Positions 42,659 to 55,230 of a DNA stretch of 64,000 nucleotides are shown piece after piece; the stretch's first letter is position 1; every line of letters begins with the position of its first letter. The stretch is from Octopus sinensis (lineage: Eukaryota), in the NCBI RefSeq assembly GCF_006345805.1, contig NC_043026.1, positions 9,424,001 through 9,488,000 on the forward strand, read 5' to 3'. Under the pieces are notes generated by a model that did not search any database, was not told the DNA's origin, and saw nothing but the letters and a program-made list of their open reading frames with translations. Position numbers and translations under genes: made by a program.

Positions 42659-43137
42659 GGCATTCTTTCGGTATAACTCGACAAAAATCAAACCATTTCA
42701 CTTCGGGTATTTCCGTGGAAGCAAATGACAGTTCAATTCTGTTTCTGCTTGGAAATTTGCAGATTTTTACATACACACACGAAACGGGTAAGAACAAATA
42801 TGCAAGGCTTCTTTTTGGCGTAACTTCGGTATAGGTATACACCTTTTTGGCGTAACTTCGGTATAGGTATACACCTTTTTGGCGTAACTTCGGTATAGGT
42901 ACTGGATACATTTCAAGAAAGTGGGGTTTTTTTTTAATATATATATGCGGTTTAGGGTTAAGGGTCGGAGAAAAGGGCTTCTGTTATCTTCAGAAATGTA
43001 AACAAAGCCACGTGTGTACTTATACCGAAGGATCGCCCCTTTTTTTTTTCTTCGAGTTTAAAATCCATACTTGACAACTCACGGAAATACCCGAAGCGAA
43101 GTGTTTTGATTTTGTCGAGTTAAATCGAAGGAATGCC
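42659..43137. mobile_element. MITE family C with perfect 8-bp TSD AACATTTC; family D element nested at ~42817-43037
   Basis: GGCATTCTTTCGG...TCGAAGGAATGCC; flanks 42651-42658 and 43138-43145; D arms GGCGTAACTTCGGTATAGG (triplicated) and TATACCGAAGGATCGCC. Confidence 0.85.
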
Positions 43138-43461
43138 AACATTTCCGTGGTTGGAATGTGAATTTTCCGAGGCCTCTCCCCCACCCCCCTTTCGCGTGCG
43201 CGAATTTTTTTTTTCATATTCGTTCATAGGAAGTTGTTTTACACCTATTACACACTTTTTTTTTTGATTTTCTGATACTTGTTACGCCCTATATTAACCA
43301 TTTTAAGAACATTTCTCCACCTAAAACACACAACAAACAAACTTAAAGAAGAAACGATGGAGCGTGTAGGAGGTTGCCGCCATAGCTAGAAATAGCAGCC
43401 AAATGTGGAACAAAATCTGATTCACAAAGTATCGAAAGGTTAAATGTTTTCGTTGTTTAAT

Positions 43462-43620
43462 ACTTACGCAAATGTCTTTATAAAGGATGGTGTTGTTGTT
43501 ATGAGTGCATCAGGTGGGAGAGAAATGTATTATAAATGTGTTTGGGAGTGAATTGAGAGAAATTCTGGCTTCTCCTGATCTAATCAATGAAAGCGGAAGT
43601 GTGTTTAATGCGCATGCGTA
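43462..43620 (-). promoter_or_regulatory. ZNF-3 putative promoter, exon 1 and donor
   Basis: TGCGCATGCGTA 43609-43620, GCGGAAGT 43593-43600, GTAAGT donor 43467-43462. Confidence 0.6.
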
Positions 43621-43765
43621 TAATTTCAAAATTCGGCACAAGGCCAGCAGTTTCGGGGGAAGGGGTGGTACATAAGTGGATTACTTGGACCCTAGTAGTC
43701 AACTGGTATTTATTTTATGGAACCCCAAAATAGCGAAAGGCAAAGTAGACCCTAACGGAATTAGG

Positions 43766-44196
43766 GGATCTTTTCGGTTTGAACGGCAGTTTTTTTCTAG
43801 CGGTGTCATATGAAATTGTCACCCATAATTATGACCCTAGTATCGATCTATTGCATTTCAATCTGTTTTAGGGTTAGTTAGGGTAAGGGTTAGGGGTGGG
43901 GGAAGGGTATCTTTTTTTCTTCAGAAATGTAAATAAACCCAATGTGTTTCTTAAACGAGGGACATATTCATACGGCACGGAATGTTTGTTTTTTTACCTC
44001 AATAGACGTCATTGATTGGTTGAAATTGCAGAAATTGAAGTAAACAACAACAAATATCTTACAAACTATAGAATTTTCTCAATAAAGCCAAGACGAAAAG
44101 ATGTTTTATAAACACATTCTACCAGTATACGAAGTTTAAAATTTTTTAGTTACCTAGAAATTATGTTCAAAACTGCCGTTCAAACCGGAAAGATCT
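43766..44196. mobile_element. MITE family E with perfect 8-bp TSD GAATTAGG
   Basis: Flanks 43758-43765 and 44197-44204; an empty paralogous site with one GAATTAGG lies at 44629-44636. Confidence 0.9.
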
Positions 44197-44358
44197 GAAT
44201 TAGGGCATACCTACACAAATGAGCCCCACCTCAGATTTGTTACTTCGTAGCTGCCAGAAAAAAGGATAATTTTTAATGAAATTTTCAATAAATACGCTTC
44301 AGAAGTCGGAGGCAATTACTTGGACCTCAGTAGTCAACTGGTATTTATTTTATGGAAA

Positions 44359-44578
44359 GGCGGCGAGTTGGCAGAAACGTTAGCACAGCGGGCGAAATGC
44401 GTAGCCGTTACGTTCTGAGTTCAAATTCCGCCGAGATCGACTTTGCCCTTCATCCTTTCGGGGTCGATAAATTAAGTACCAGTTACGCACTGGGGTCGAT
44501 GTAATCGACTTAATACCTTTGTCTGTCCTTGTTTGTCCCCTCTGTGTTTAGCCCCTTGTGGGTAATAAAGAAATAGGT
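44359..44578 (+). mobile_element. SINE S2, full length, with ~17-bp TSD
   Basis: GGCGGCGAGTTGGCAGAAACGTTAGC head, AATAAAGAAATAG tail; flanks GTAT(T/A)TATTTTATGGAA. Confidence 0.8.
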
Positions 44579-45094
44579 ATATATTTTATGGAACCCCAAA
44601 ATAGTGAAAGGCAAAGTAGACCTTAACGGAATTAGGGCATACCTACCCAAATGACCCCCCCTTCAGATTTGTTACTTCATAACTGCCAGAAAAAACGATC
44701 ATTTTTAATGAAATTTTCAATAAATACGATTCAGATGTCGGATTTTATAAAAAAAAAAAAAACCTTTTTCCGGAAGTGTGAGGAAAGTTTCTGAAAATTT
44801 GCCAAAGTCTGTTTTGTTTTCTCATAAGTTTCAGAAGAGTGCACAGATTAGATTATATCGGAATTTAATAGCAAAAATTAAAGAAATCTCGTTGGCTTAT
44901 ATATATATATACATATTGACAAATTTCTTTCTGAAATTTCAACTTTTATTTTGAGATGTGTGTCACTATGGATGGGTAAATCCCATTGATCCCTTTTTTT
45001 TCCCCTTCTCCCTAAGAAAATCTGATATAATGACCATGCACTGCCATTATAGACCACCACACAAACAGAATTGTTATAAGATTTTATATATATA

Positions 45095-45480
45095 CTAGCA
45101 GTATCGCCCGGCATTGCTCAGGTATGTTTCGACCCTTTAGAATTGGAATTTTTGTAAAGTAAAAATTTTGCATTATGTAGCTTGTTATTCTCTTTAAGTG
45201 AACATTTTTCTGGTTGAAATACACCAAAAAATGGTGATACAGCAGTCAAAACATCGTAAAAAATAGGAATTTTCATGGAAAAAAAGCGCCTTTTTGATGT
45301 AAATAATTTTTGGTCTTAACATGGTCCGATTTGACTTTTTCCTTCTACGGAATGAAGAGCCAGCCTTCTTCTATCATAATCTCAATTTTGGTCAACTTGC
45401 GCTGCAGGGTCTCGGAGGAGATAGTGTTAGTTGAAGGCCACCAAACCTGCCATACACAGACAACTTATGCTTTATATATA
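45095..45480 (-). mobile_element. Non-autonomous Helitron-like element
   Basis: Minus-strand 3' end CCTGAGCAATGCCGGG hairpin, then CTAG followed by T (45098-45094). Confidence 0.7.
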
Positions 45481-45972
45481 TTTATATCATCATCATTTAA
45501 CATCCATCTTCCGTGCATCCATGGGTTAGTCATATATATGATATATTAATTTATACACTGGAGACTGGTGCAGCCTCCTGGCTGACCAGTCCTCAGTCAA
45601 ACCGCCCAACCCATGCCAGTATGGAAAGCAGACATTAAATGATGATTATGATATATACACACACAAGGATATGGCCTATAATGACTATGCATGTTGGAAT
45701 AACTTCATCACCACACACCACTTCCATGGGCTGTAATCTTCTCAACCGTATTCTACACTCCCACTTCAACAGGTCCAATATTAAACTCTCTTTTTACTCT
45801 TTTACTTGTTTCAGTCATTTGACTGCAGCCATGCTGGGGCAACACCTAAAAGAGATTTCATTCAGATGAATCGATTCTAGCACTTATTTTCTGTTAAGCC
45901 TCGAGCTTATTCTGTCGATCTCTTTTGTTGAATAGCTAAGTTGCTCATAACCAACATTCATTGTATGCTCGT

Positions 45973-46490
45973 ACATCATCATCATTTAACGTCCGCTTTC
46001 CATGCTAGGATGGGTTGGACGATTTGACTGAGGGCTGGTGAATCAGCTGGCTGCACCAGGCTTCAATCTTGATCTGGCAGAGTTTCTACAGCTGGGTGCC
46101 CTTCCTAATGCCAAGCACTCCGAGAGTGTAGTGGGTGCTTTTAAGTGCCACTGGCACGGGGGCCAGTCAGGCGGTACTGGCAACAAAATCGCTCGAATCT
46201 TTTACACATGCCATAGCACAGGTGCCAGTAAGGCGATGCTGGTAACGATCACACTCAAATGGCGTTTTTTACGTACCACCGGCATGGAGGCCAGATGGCC
46301 ACGATCACGCTCGGATGGTGCTCTGAACACCCTACTAGCACAGGCACAAGTGCCAGTAAGGCAACTCTGGTAACGATCACGCTCGAATGGTGTCTTTTAA
46401 GTGCCACTGGCACAGGAGCCGGTTAGCCGCTCTGTCAGCGATCACACTCGGATGGTGCTCTTTGCACCCCGCTAGCACGAACACCAGTTA
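45973..46490 (-). mobile_element. (GAT)n-tailed retroposon
   Basis: Same family as 40885; its distal part is also copied at 35680-35820. Confidence 0.7.
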
Positions 46491-48429
46491 TCGATTCATG
46501 TAACGGCTTTATATTGATTGGTAAATATTATTAATATTGTTATATTTCGGAATGGTCATTTTGCCAGTTTAGCCAATAAAAACACACACACTATATATTT
46601 GGTGTTATTTATTTTTTACATTAACCTTAATCTTATTTCGGCCAGAGTTCTTTCGTCACACTCCTGTTACCTCATCAGTGGTCCTTTGTTTTCTTCTTTC
46701 TTATTTGTGTCTCTCTTTCGCAGTTATGACGATAAAAAGTTATTGTTATTGCAAACCGTAAGATGTGAAAGATAGACAATGCATGAAGTTTTTAGGAAAT
46801 GTTTATTTGTCGTTACGTTACAAATACCTTGCCTCGACGGGCAGGTTTTCGTACATCCAAAGGCATGCGAAAATTAGATGCGGTAGAATGTTTGAGTTTG
46901 GGTTCTCTTCATTGTTTGGTAGTAATTCCAGAGAGAGATAGAATGATGTTGTAAGAGAACAGAATTTGAGTTAGTGAGAGTTGTAGGGTGAGGGACGTTG
47001 TGTCACAGTTGCTGGCAGTAAACTTCAATCCTCCCTCTGGCCAATGTTCTAGCTGGTCAGCCAGACTTCGTTCTCACTGAGCTGTCACCGGAGTGACTAA
47101 CTGATTTTTGCTTGGGATGTTCTTGCTTTTATAACTATCCAGAAGGATATATATATCATTTAGAACAATAGATTTAGTTGGTAGTCTTGTTATCTATTCT
47201 AGCTTTTGGTGAAGTAGAAGAGGTTAGAAAGGGTCAAGTGGTGAAGACATTATTTCGGCCTAGCTAAAGTCATCTGGAAAATGTAAAAACTGCTGTCGGA
47301 GAAAAATCATTGTTCCACCGTGGGAACAGTTCTGTAGCAGTGTTGATTTAAATTTGGCTATGGTGGATCGAATCCACTTCATGCAAGCAAGATTCACAAC
47401 ATATATATACATACATACATATATATATATAGATATATATATATATATATGCAATAACAACACAAATCCAACGCTAATAGTATGGAGCACAAAAAACATG
47501 TCCACGTAATAAGACCAGAAGTAAGCTTCTTACCACACAACCATACTCTACTGGTTTTAATAGTTTCATAACAAAATTCATGCAAGACAAATTCAAAATC
47601 TGGAGGAAATTGCTTTTATTGAAAAAAAATATCCCACAGGTAAGTTACCTGAGATGTGGTGACATAAACTATAGAGTTGCGAGATTGTGAATACATTTAT
47701 AGTTAAAGAGTGTCCCTTTTCTTTCTTTGGCCTAAAAGGAGCTTTGACAATTACAGCAATTCCCTGATGAGTAGCTTGGTTATTGCCATGGAGAAAGCCC
47801 AGAACACTATCACCAATTTAGGAGGAGATCAAAATGCTTATTGCTCTTATGAATTGTCACATTGATAGTCATACATCTATATGAATAGATACACATTTAG
47901 TTAACACCAGAAGTACCGAGCGGTCATTTTTCACCAATTCTGCTTATTACTTTTAATTTCTACAACTGTATTGAATGTGCAATCATGAGCATCATATCAA
48001 GTATATGTGCATAGATATATATTTTTCACATGTAAATAAATGCTAAAAGAATGTATTTTCAAATCCTTTATTCACTGCATTTGCTGATATTTAAAATAAA
48101 TTGTATTAAATAAAGATTTTCAATGACAGTCAAAAATTACTGTTATGGTCTTTGTAAGAGGAAAGAAATATTGGTACTTCTAGTGTTAACCCTTTAGCAT
48201 TCAAACCAGCCATATTTGATTTAATATCCTACCTAATCAGAGTCGGCTTCTTACACCTACCCAACAATGTCATTCTGAAAATACACACATAGATGCAGGA
48301 GTGGCTGTGTGGTAATTTGCTGTGAATGTATGACAAATTGAAAATAACGTGAATAAACAAACATCACATTCGAAAGAATAACCTTCAATATAAAGGGTCT
48401 AGTCACCATTTACAGAGAGAAGGCTTTTC

Positions 48430-50172
48430 TCATGTATGAATACGCTTGTGAGAAGTTAAGGCACTACTTTGAGAGAACGATTTACCACAGACATCACAGG
48501 GATATGGCTTCTCTCCTGTATGAATACGCTTGTGACTAATTAAAGCACTACTTACAGAAAATGATAGACCACAGATATCACAGGGATATGGCTTCTCTCC
48601 TGTATGAATACGCTTGTGACCAGTTAAAGCGCTACTCTGGGAGAATGATAAACCACAGATATCACAGTGATATGGTGTCTCTCCTGTATGAATACGTTTA
48701 TGAGTAGTTAGGTTACTGCTGGCAGAGAAAGATTTGTTACAGATGTCACAGTGATGTGGCTTCTCTCCTGTATGAATACGTTTATGATCAGTCAAAGCAC
48801 AATTGCGAGGGAATGATTTACCACAGATATTACAAGAATATGGTTTCTCTCCTGTATGAACACGTTTGTGAGAATTGAAAGCACTTCGGTCAGAGAATGA
48901 TTTACTACAGATGTCACACTGATATGGCTTTTCTCCTGTATGAATACGTTTATGAGAATTGAAAGCACTTTGGTTAGAGAAAGATTTACCACAGATATCA
49001 CAGTGATACGGCTTCTCTCCAGTATGAATACGTTTGTGGTTAGACAATTTCCCACTTCCAGAGAATGATTTACCACAGATGTCACATCGAAATGGCTTCT
49101 CCCCTGTATGAACACGTACGTGTGCATTTAAAGCACTTCGATTAGAGAATGACATACTACAGACATCACAGTGATAGGGCTTCTCTCCTGTATGAATACG
49201 TTTGTGTACAGTCAAGTAACTACTTGTGGAGAACAGTTTACCACAGGTATCACAGTGAAATGGCTTCTCTCCTGTATGGATATATTTGTGTCCAGTTAAG
49301 TTAGAACTCACGGAGAATGATTTACCACAGATATCACAGTGGTATGGCTTCTCTCCTGTATGGAAGCGTTTATGAGTAGCTAAGTTGCCACTTTGAGAGA
49401 ATGATTTACCACAGATATCACAATAATATGGTGTCTCTCCTGTATGAATACGTTTGTGATTAGTTAGGGTACTACTTAGAGAGAAAGATTTATTACAGAC
49501 ATCACAGTGAAATGGCTTCTCTCCCGTATGGATATATTTATGTTTAGCTAAGTTGTCATTTCGGGAGAATGATTTACCACAGATATCACAAGAATATGGT
49601 GTCTCTCCTGTATGAGTACGTTTGTGATTTGTTAGGGTACTATTTACAGTGAAAGATTTGTTACAGATGTCACATTGATATGGTTTCTCTCCTGTATGAA
49701 TACGTTTATGATCAGTCAAAGCACTGTAGCCAGAAAATGATTTACCACAGATATTACAGGAATATGGTGTCTCCCCGGTATGAATACGTTTGTGAGGAGT
49801 TAAAGCACTACTTTGAGAGAATGATTTACTACAGATGTTGCACTGATATGGCTTCTCTCCTGTATGAACACGTTTGTGAGAATTTAAATCACTTCGGTTA
49901 GAGAAAGATTTACCACAGATGTCACAGCGAAATGGCTTTTCCCCTGTATGAATACGCTTGTGTGTAGTCAAGTGAACCTTCTGAGAGAATGTTTTGCTAC
50001 AGATATTGCACTGATATGGCTTCTCCCCTGTATGAACACGTTTGTGCTTCTTTAAGCTGGACCTCTGAGAGAAGGACTTTTTACAAACATCACAGTCATG
50101 TGACAATTTTCGTTTTCCTTTTACTCTGTCTTCTGGAAAAGTCAAATTCTTTAGTTTCTCACTTTTTCCCAT
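48430..50172 (-). CDS. C2H2 zinc-finger protein ZNF-4, 580 aa, 20 tandem fingers, intact
   Basis: ATG start MGKSEK, 20 canonical fingers with TGEKP/TGETP linkers, no frameshift. Confidence 0.95.
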   Translation of the reverse strand: MGKSEKLKNLTFPEDRVKGKRKLSHDCDVCKKSFSQRSSLKKHKRVHTGEKPYQCNICSKTFSQKVHLTTHKRIHTGEKPFRCDICGKSFSNRSDLNSHKRVHTGEKPYQCNICSKSFSQSSALTPHKRIHTGETPYSCNICGKSFSGYSALTDHKRIHTGEKPYQCDICNKSFTVNSTLTNHKRTHTGETPYSCDICGKSFSRNDNLAKHKYIHTGEKPFHCDVCNKSFSLSSTLTNHKRIHTGETPYYCDICGKSFSQSGNLATHKRFHTGEKPYHCDICGKSFSVSSNLTGHKYIHTGEKPFHCDTCGKLFSTSSYLTVHKRIHTGEKPYHCDVCSMSFSNRSALNAHVRVHTGEKPFRCDICGKSFSGSGKLSNHKRIHTGEKPYHCDICGKSFSNQSAFNSHKRIHTGEKPYQCDICSKSFSDRSAFNSHKRVHTGEKPYSCNICGKSFPRNCALTDHKRIHTGEKPHHCDICNKSFSASSNLTTHKRIHTGETPYHCDICGLSFSQSSALTGHKRIHTGEKPYPCDICGLSFSVSSALISHKRIHTGEKPYPCDVCGKSFSQSSALTSHKRIHT

Positions 50173-51223
50173 TATTTTTCATGGAAAATCACAATATATA
50201 TATATATATATATATATTTTTTTCTTCTTGCTTGCTTCTATAGTCTTTTGTTTCCAAATATTTCGACTGCTGTATTTCTGTCCAGTGTTACCTTTGTCCC
50301 AAAGCTCTTTAGTAAATTTATCCAAGTTTAATTTACATAAAGACTCATCTTGCAGACACTCCAGTCAGTGATGTCCAGAAGGTTTGCTAATAACACATTT
50401 CGGAGTAAATATATCAGAGGAATTCCACCACAGATTTATAGAAACAATCTTATATATCTGTTCTGTACAATATTTCCATTTTGGTCTTTAAAAGATGATA
50501 AATAATGAGAATGTATCTTCAGTTATGCCAATGTCATCTGATATTCTGAAACAATAAAGAAACAACAGTGTAAGTTTTAAGGCTACTTAAAAAAATACAG
50601 ATTCAACATTTCCACAGAGATAAACTCTAGAAATAAATATATACAATACTGGAGCACCACCTTAACCCTTCTGTTACTGTATTTGCTTTGAGATGCTCTG
50701 TGTTTCTGTCAATTATTTTAAGTATAACAAAGAATTTAGTAAAATGACTTAGTTATCATAAAGCAAGTGTTAAGAACATAAATTGTGACTAAGATTTGGT
50801 GGAAGATTTTCTTTCAAAACTCATGGAAACAAGACATTTGTACTCAGAGCCAGAGGTGGTTTCAGCCAGGTTGGTATCAAAAGGGTTAAAAATTCGAAAA
50901 ATTAAACTACGTTAAACAAACGAATTACAATTTTCTCAAGAAAGCCAAGAGAAAAAAAATGTTTTATTTTGATACATTCTACCAGTATACGAAGTTTAAA
51001 AGTGTTTAAGTTAACTAGAAATTGTGTTGACATGTGCCGTTCAAAAGGAAAAGATCCCAAATTTGGCTGAGACAAACTGAGTAAGAGAAGAAAAGGTAAA
51101 TTTATCTCTTCGTTTATCCAGAATTACATTTGAAAACAAAAGAGTGAAACTCATCAATATCTATCCTTAGACTTCATAAAAATTCGAAATGAAAAAGTTA
51201 AGTATATAGTTGATTGCCGTTCA

Positions 51224-51450
51224 GGCATTCTTTCGATATAACTCGACAAAATCAAAACTTCGGGTATTTCCGTGGAAGTAAATGACAGTTCGAGGCGATG
51301 TTTCGGTTGTCGTAGCACAAGTTTCCGTCGATTTCCGTAAAAAACTTTTATTTTTTTACATAAGTAATGAGAGCGAAAGAGACGAAGAGGAAGCGATTTT
51401 ATGACGAGGAAGTTTCTCTTTGAAGTTATCTTCCAGGGGAAGCATTGATG

Positions 51451-51488
<38 letters not shown>

Positions 51489-51599
51489 ATGGGGTGTGGG
51501 AGACAGACAGTATGTTGTGTAAGTGAAGTGCTTCTGTTAGTGTGTGTGAAGAGACAGAGTAATGTGTGAAAGAAAGAGATAACTGAAATTTTTTACTCG

Positions 51600-51637
<38 letters not shown>

Positions 51638-51897
51638 ATGTATGTATGGCCGATTCAGTGTTTACATTTTTTACGGAAATCGACGGAAACGTGTGCTACG
51701 ACAACCGAAACATCGCCCAGTTTGATTCTGTTTTCTGCTTGGAAATTTGCGGATTTTACATACACACACACACGAAACAGGTAAAGAACGAATATGCAAG
51801 GCTTTTTTTCTTCAAGTTTAAAATCTATACTCCACAACCCACGGAAATACCCGAAGTAAAATGTTTTGATTTTGTCGAGTAATATCGAAAGAATGCC
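51224..51897. mobile_element. MITE family C containing a nested family B element (51294-51717, TSD CAGTTCGA/CAGTTTGA)
   Basis: Outer GGCATTCTTTCGA...TCGAAAGAATGCC; inner GGCGATGTTTCGG...CCGAAACATCGCC. Confidence 0.8.
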
Positions 51898-51986
51898 ATA
51901 CTTCAAATGAAAAAAAGAACAGAAAATAATTGCAAATGATGAGAAATTAATGAAGATCGACTAAAAAAAAAAAAAAATCAACATAA

Positions 51987-52384
51987 GCGCAGGAGTGGCT
52001 GTGTGGTAAGTGGCTTGCTTACCAACCACATGGTTCCGGGTTCAGTCCCACTGCGTGGCATCTTGGGCAAATGTCTTCTGCTATAGCCCCGGGCCGACCA
52101 AAGCCTTGTGAGTGGATTTGGTAAACGGAAACTGAAAGAAGCCTGTCGTATATATGTATATATATATGCGTGGGTGTGTTTGTGTGTCTGTGTTTGTCCC
52201 CCTAGCATTGCTTGACAACCGATGCTGGTGTGTTTACGTCCCCGTCACTTAGCGGGTCGGCAAAAGAGACCGATAGAATAAGTACTGGGCTTACAAAGAA
52301 TAAGTCCCCGGGGTCGATTTGCTCGACTAAAGGCGGTGCTCTAGCATGGCCGCAGTCAAATGACTGAAACACGTAAAAGAGTAT
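51987..52384 (+). mobile_element. SINE S1, full length
   Basis: Complete head-to-tail match. Confidence 0.85.
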
Positions 52385-53125
52385 AAAATATTATCAATAG
52401 CTTCTTAATGATCTCTTCGTGATAAATGTCGGTGATTAAGTTTAATTAACTTGTTACAGAGAACTTTAATAATTTCTTCTTTTTAACACCTTGAGGTTAA
52501 TAAGAAAATATGGAAATTAGACATTACTGATTTTGCCCCACCTTAAACATTATTTTCCATAATTGTCTGGGGTAAAAAAAATTGACTTGGAATCCAACAA
52601 TTCAACAGAGAAACGAATATTGATTGTTAAACACTGAACATCATTCAGATATTTTAATTAGCAAACCTCAATTAGAATCGGGTTGAAAGATGAGGCAAAA
52701 ATCTCTGGAAAATAAAAAAAAAGACCTGCCAACTGACTGTTGCGGACTGCATCTTTAACAACTGCGACGACCAATTTTCAGTCGTAAAATATAAATTAGC
52801 AGTACTCGCAATATAACGTTTCCAAACAGGTAAGGAATAAAATAAGGAGAAATTACTCATTTTGCCCCACTTACCTATTTTGACACCTACCTGCTATCAA
52901 GAAACCAACATTCGATAAATTATAATAAAACATTGGTTTCTCAACATTTCTTTGGTTGGAGTTTATTTGGGAATATTTCTCCAACTAAAACACAACAAAC
53001 GAACGTGGAAACGATGGAGCGTGTAGGAGGAAATGAGGAATTACTCATTTTGCCCCGCTTACTAATTACGTCCACTTCCCTATATCGACAAATTATAATA
53101 AAGCATTGGTGTCTTAACATTTCTG

Positions 53126-53799
53126 GGTACTATTAGCGAACAGTGGTCCCGGTGCGCGCACACGCGCCAGCTAGTCATGACTAGTCGATCCTTTGTGATT
53201 TTGCGTTATTTACTTTGTTTAACAAAATTTATTTACTTTGTGTAAAAAAAAATTGGCGATCTTTCGTCTCTAGTAGACCTTTCCGTCGATTTCCGTAAAA
53301 AATTTTTTTTTTTTTTACATATGGGCTTGCGGGAACTTTTGAAGTAATATACATACATATACACATACACCGAGTAAAAAATTTCAGTTATCTCTCTCTT
53401 TCACACATTACTCTCTCTGTCTCTTCACACACACTAACAGAAGCACTTCACTTACAAAACATACTGTCTGTCTCCCACACCCCATCAAACACACACACAC
53501 ACACATGTACATCATTGCTTGCCATGCACGGTAACTTCAAAAGAACTTCCCTCGTCATACAATCGCTTTCTCTTAGTCTCTTTCGCTCTCATTACTTCAA
53601 AAGTTCCCGCAAGCCCATATGTAAAATAATAAAAGGTTTTTACGGAAATCGACGGAAAGGTCTACTAGAGACGAAAGATTGCCAAAAAATTATATATTTT
53701 GTGTTTTATTCACTTTGCTAGGTAGTCGTTGTAGGATCGACTAGTCACGACTAGCTAGCTCGGATGCGACAACAGGGACCACTGTTCGCTAATAGTACC
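53126..53799. mobile_element. MITE family A with perfect 8-bp TSD CATTTCTG; family B-type MITE nested at 53255-53683 with TSD AAAAAATT
   Basis: GGTACTATTAGCGAACAGTGGTCCC...GGGACCACTGTTCGCTAATAGTACC; inner GGCGATCTTTCGTCTCTAGTAGACC...GGTCTACTAGAGACGAAAGATTGCC. Confidence 0.9.
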
Positions 53800-53981
53800 C
53801 ATTTCTGTGGTTGGAGCTTATTTTAAGAACATTTCTCCACCTAAAACACACAACAAACAAACTTAAAGAAGAAACGATGGAGCGTGTAGGAGGTTCCCGC
53901 CATAGCTAGAAATAGCAGCCAAATGTGGAACAAAATCTAATTCACAAAGTATTGAAAGATTAAATGTTTTCGTTGTTTAAT

Positions 53982-54156
53982 ACTTACGGAAATGTCTTTA
54001 TAAAGGATGGTGTTGTTGTTAGATGTGCGTCAGGTGGTTGAGAAATGTATTATAAATGTGTTTGGGAGTGAATTGAGAGAAATTCTGGCATCAGACATCT
54101 AATGCTTGTCGTAACGTAATGAATGGAGGCGGAAATACGTTTAGTGCGCATGTGTC
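53982..54156 (-). promoter_or_regulatory. ZNF-4 putative promoter, exon 1 and donor
   Basis: GTAAGT donor 53987-53982; GGCGGAAAT and a diverged TGCGCATGTGTC at 54145-54156. Confidence 0.55.
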
Positions 54157-54258
54157 TCGTATTAAATCCTTGTTTTAAATTTTGACACGGGGCTAGCAAT
54201 TTCGGGGGCGGGGTGGTACGTATGTCGATTACCTGGACCCTGGTAGTTAACTGGTATG

Positions 54259-55230
54259 GGCGGTGAATTGGCAGAAGCGTTAGCACGCCGGGCGAAATGC
54301 TTAGCGGTATTTCGTCTGCTGCTACGTTCTGAGTTCAAATTCCGCCGAGGTCGACTTTGCCTTTCATCCTTTCGGGGTCGATAAATTAAGTACCAGTTAA
54401 GCACTGGGGTCGATGTAATCAACTTAATACCTATGTCTGTCCTTGTTTGTCCCCTCTGTGTTTAGCCCCTTGTGGGCAATAAAGAAATAGGTATTTCGTC
54501 TGTCGTTACGTTCTGAGTTCAAATTCCGCCGAGGTCGACTTTGCCTCTCATCCTTTCGGGGTCGATAAATAAAGTACCAGTTACGCACTGGGGTCGATGT
54601 AATCGACTTAATACCTATGTCTGTCCTTGTTTGTCCCCTCTGTTTTTAGCCGCTTGTGGGTTATAAAGAAATAGGTATTTCGTCTGTCGTTACGTTCTGA
54701 GTTCAAATTCCGCCGAGGTCGACTTTGCCTCTTATCCTTTCGGGGTCGATAAATAAAGTACCAGTTACGCACTGGGGTCGATGTAATCGACTTAATACCT
54801 ATGTCTGTCCTTGTTTGTCCCCTCTGTGTTTAGCCGCTTGTGGGCAATAAAGAAATAGGTATTTCGTCTGTCGTTACGTTCTGAGTTCAAATTCCGCCGA
54901 GGTCGACTTTGCCTCTTATCCTTTCGGGGTCGATAAATAAAGTACCAGTTACGCACTGGGGTCGATGTAATCGACTTAATACCTATGTCTGTCCTTGTTT
55001 GTCCCCTCTGTGTTTAGCCGCTTGTGGGTAATAAAGAAATAGGTATTTCGCCTGCCGCTACATTCTGAGTTCAAATTCCGCCGAGGTCGACTTTGCCTTT
55101 CATCCTTTCGAGGTCGATGAATTAAGTACCAGTTACACACTGGGTTCGATGTAATCGACTTAATACCTATGTCTGTCCTTGTTTGTCCCCTCTATGTTTA
55201 GCCCCTTGTGGGTAGTAAAGAAATTGGTAT
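54259..55230 (+). repeat. SINE S2 expanded into a 184-bp tandem repeat (5 units)
   Basis: GTATTTCG restarts at 54307, 54491, 54675, 54859 and 55043; only the first unit keeps the SINE 5' head. Confidence 0.9.
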
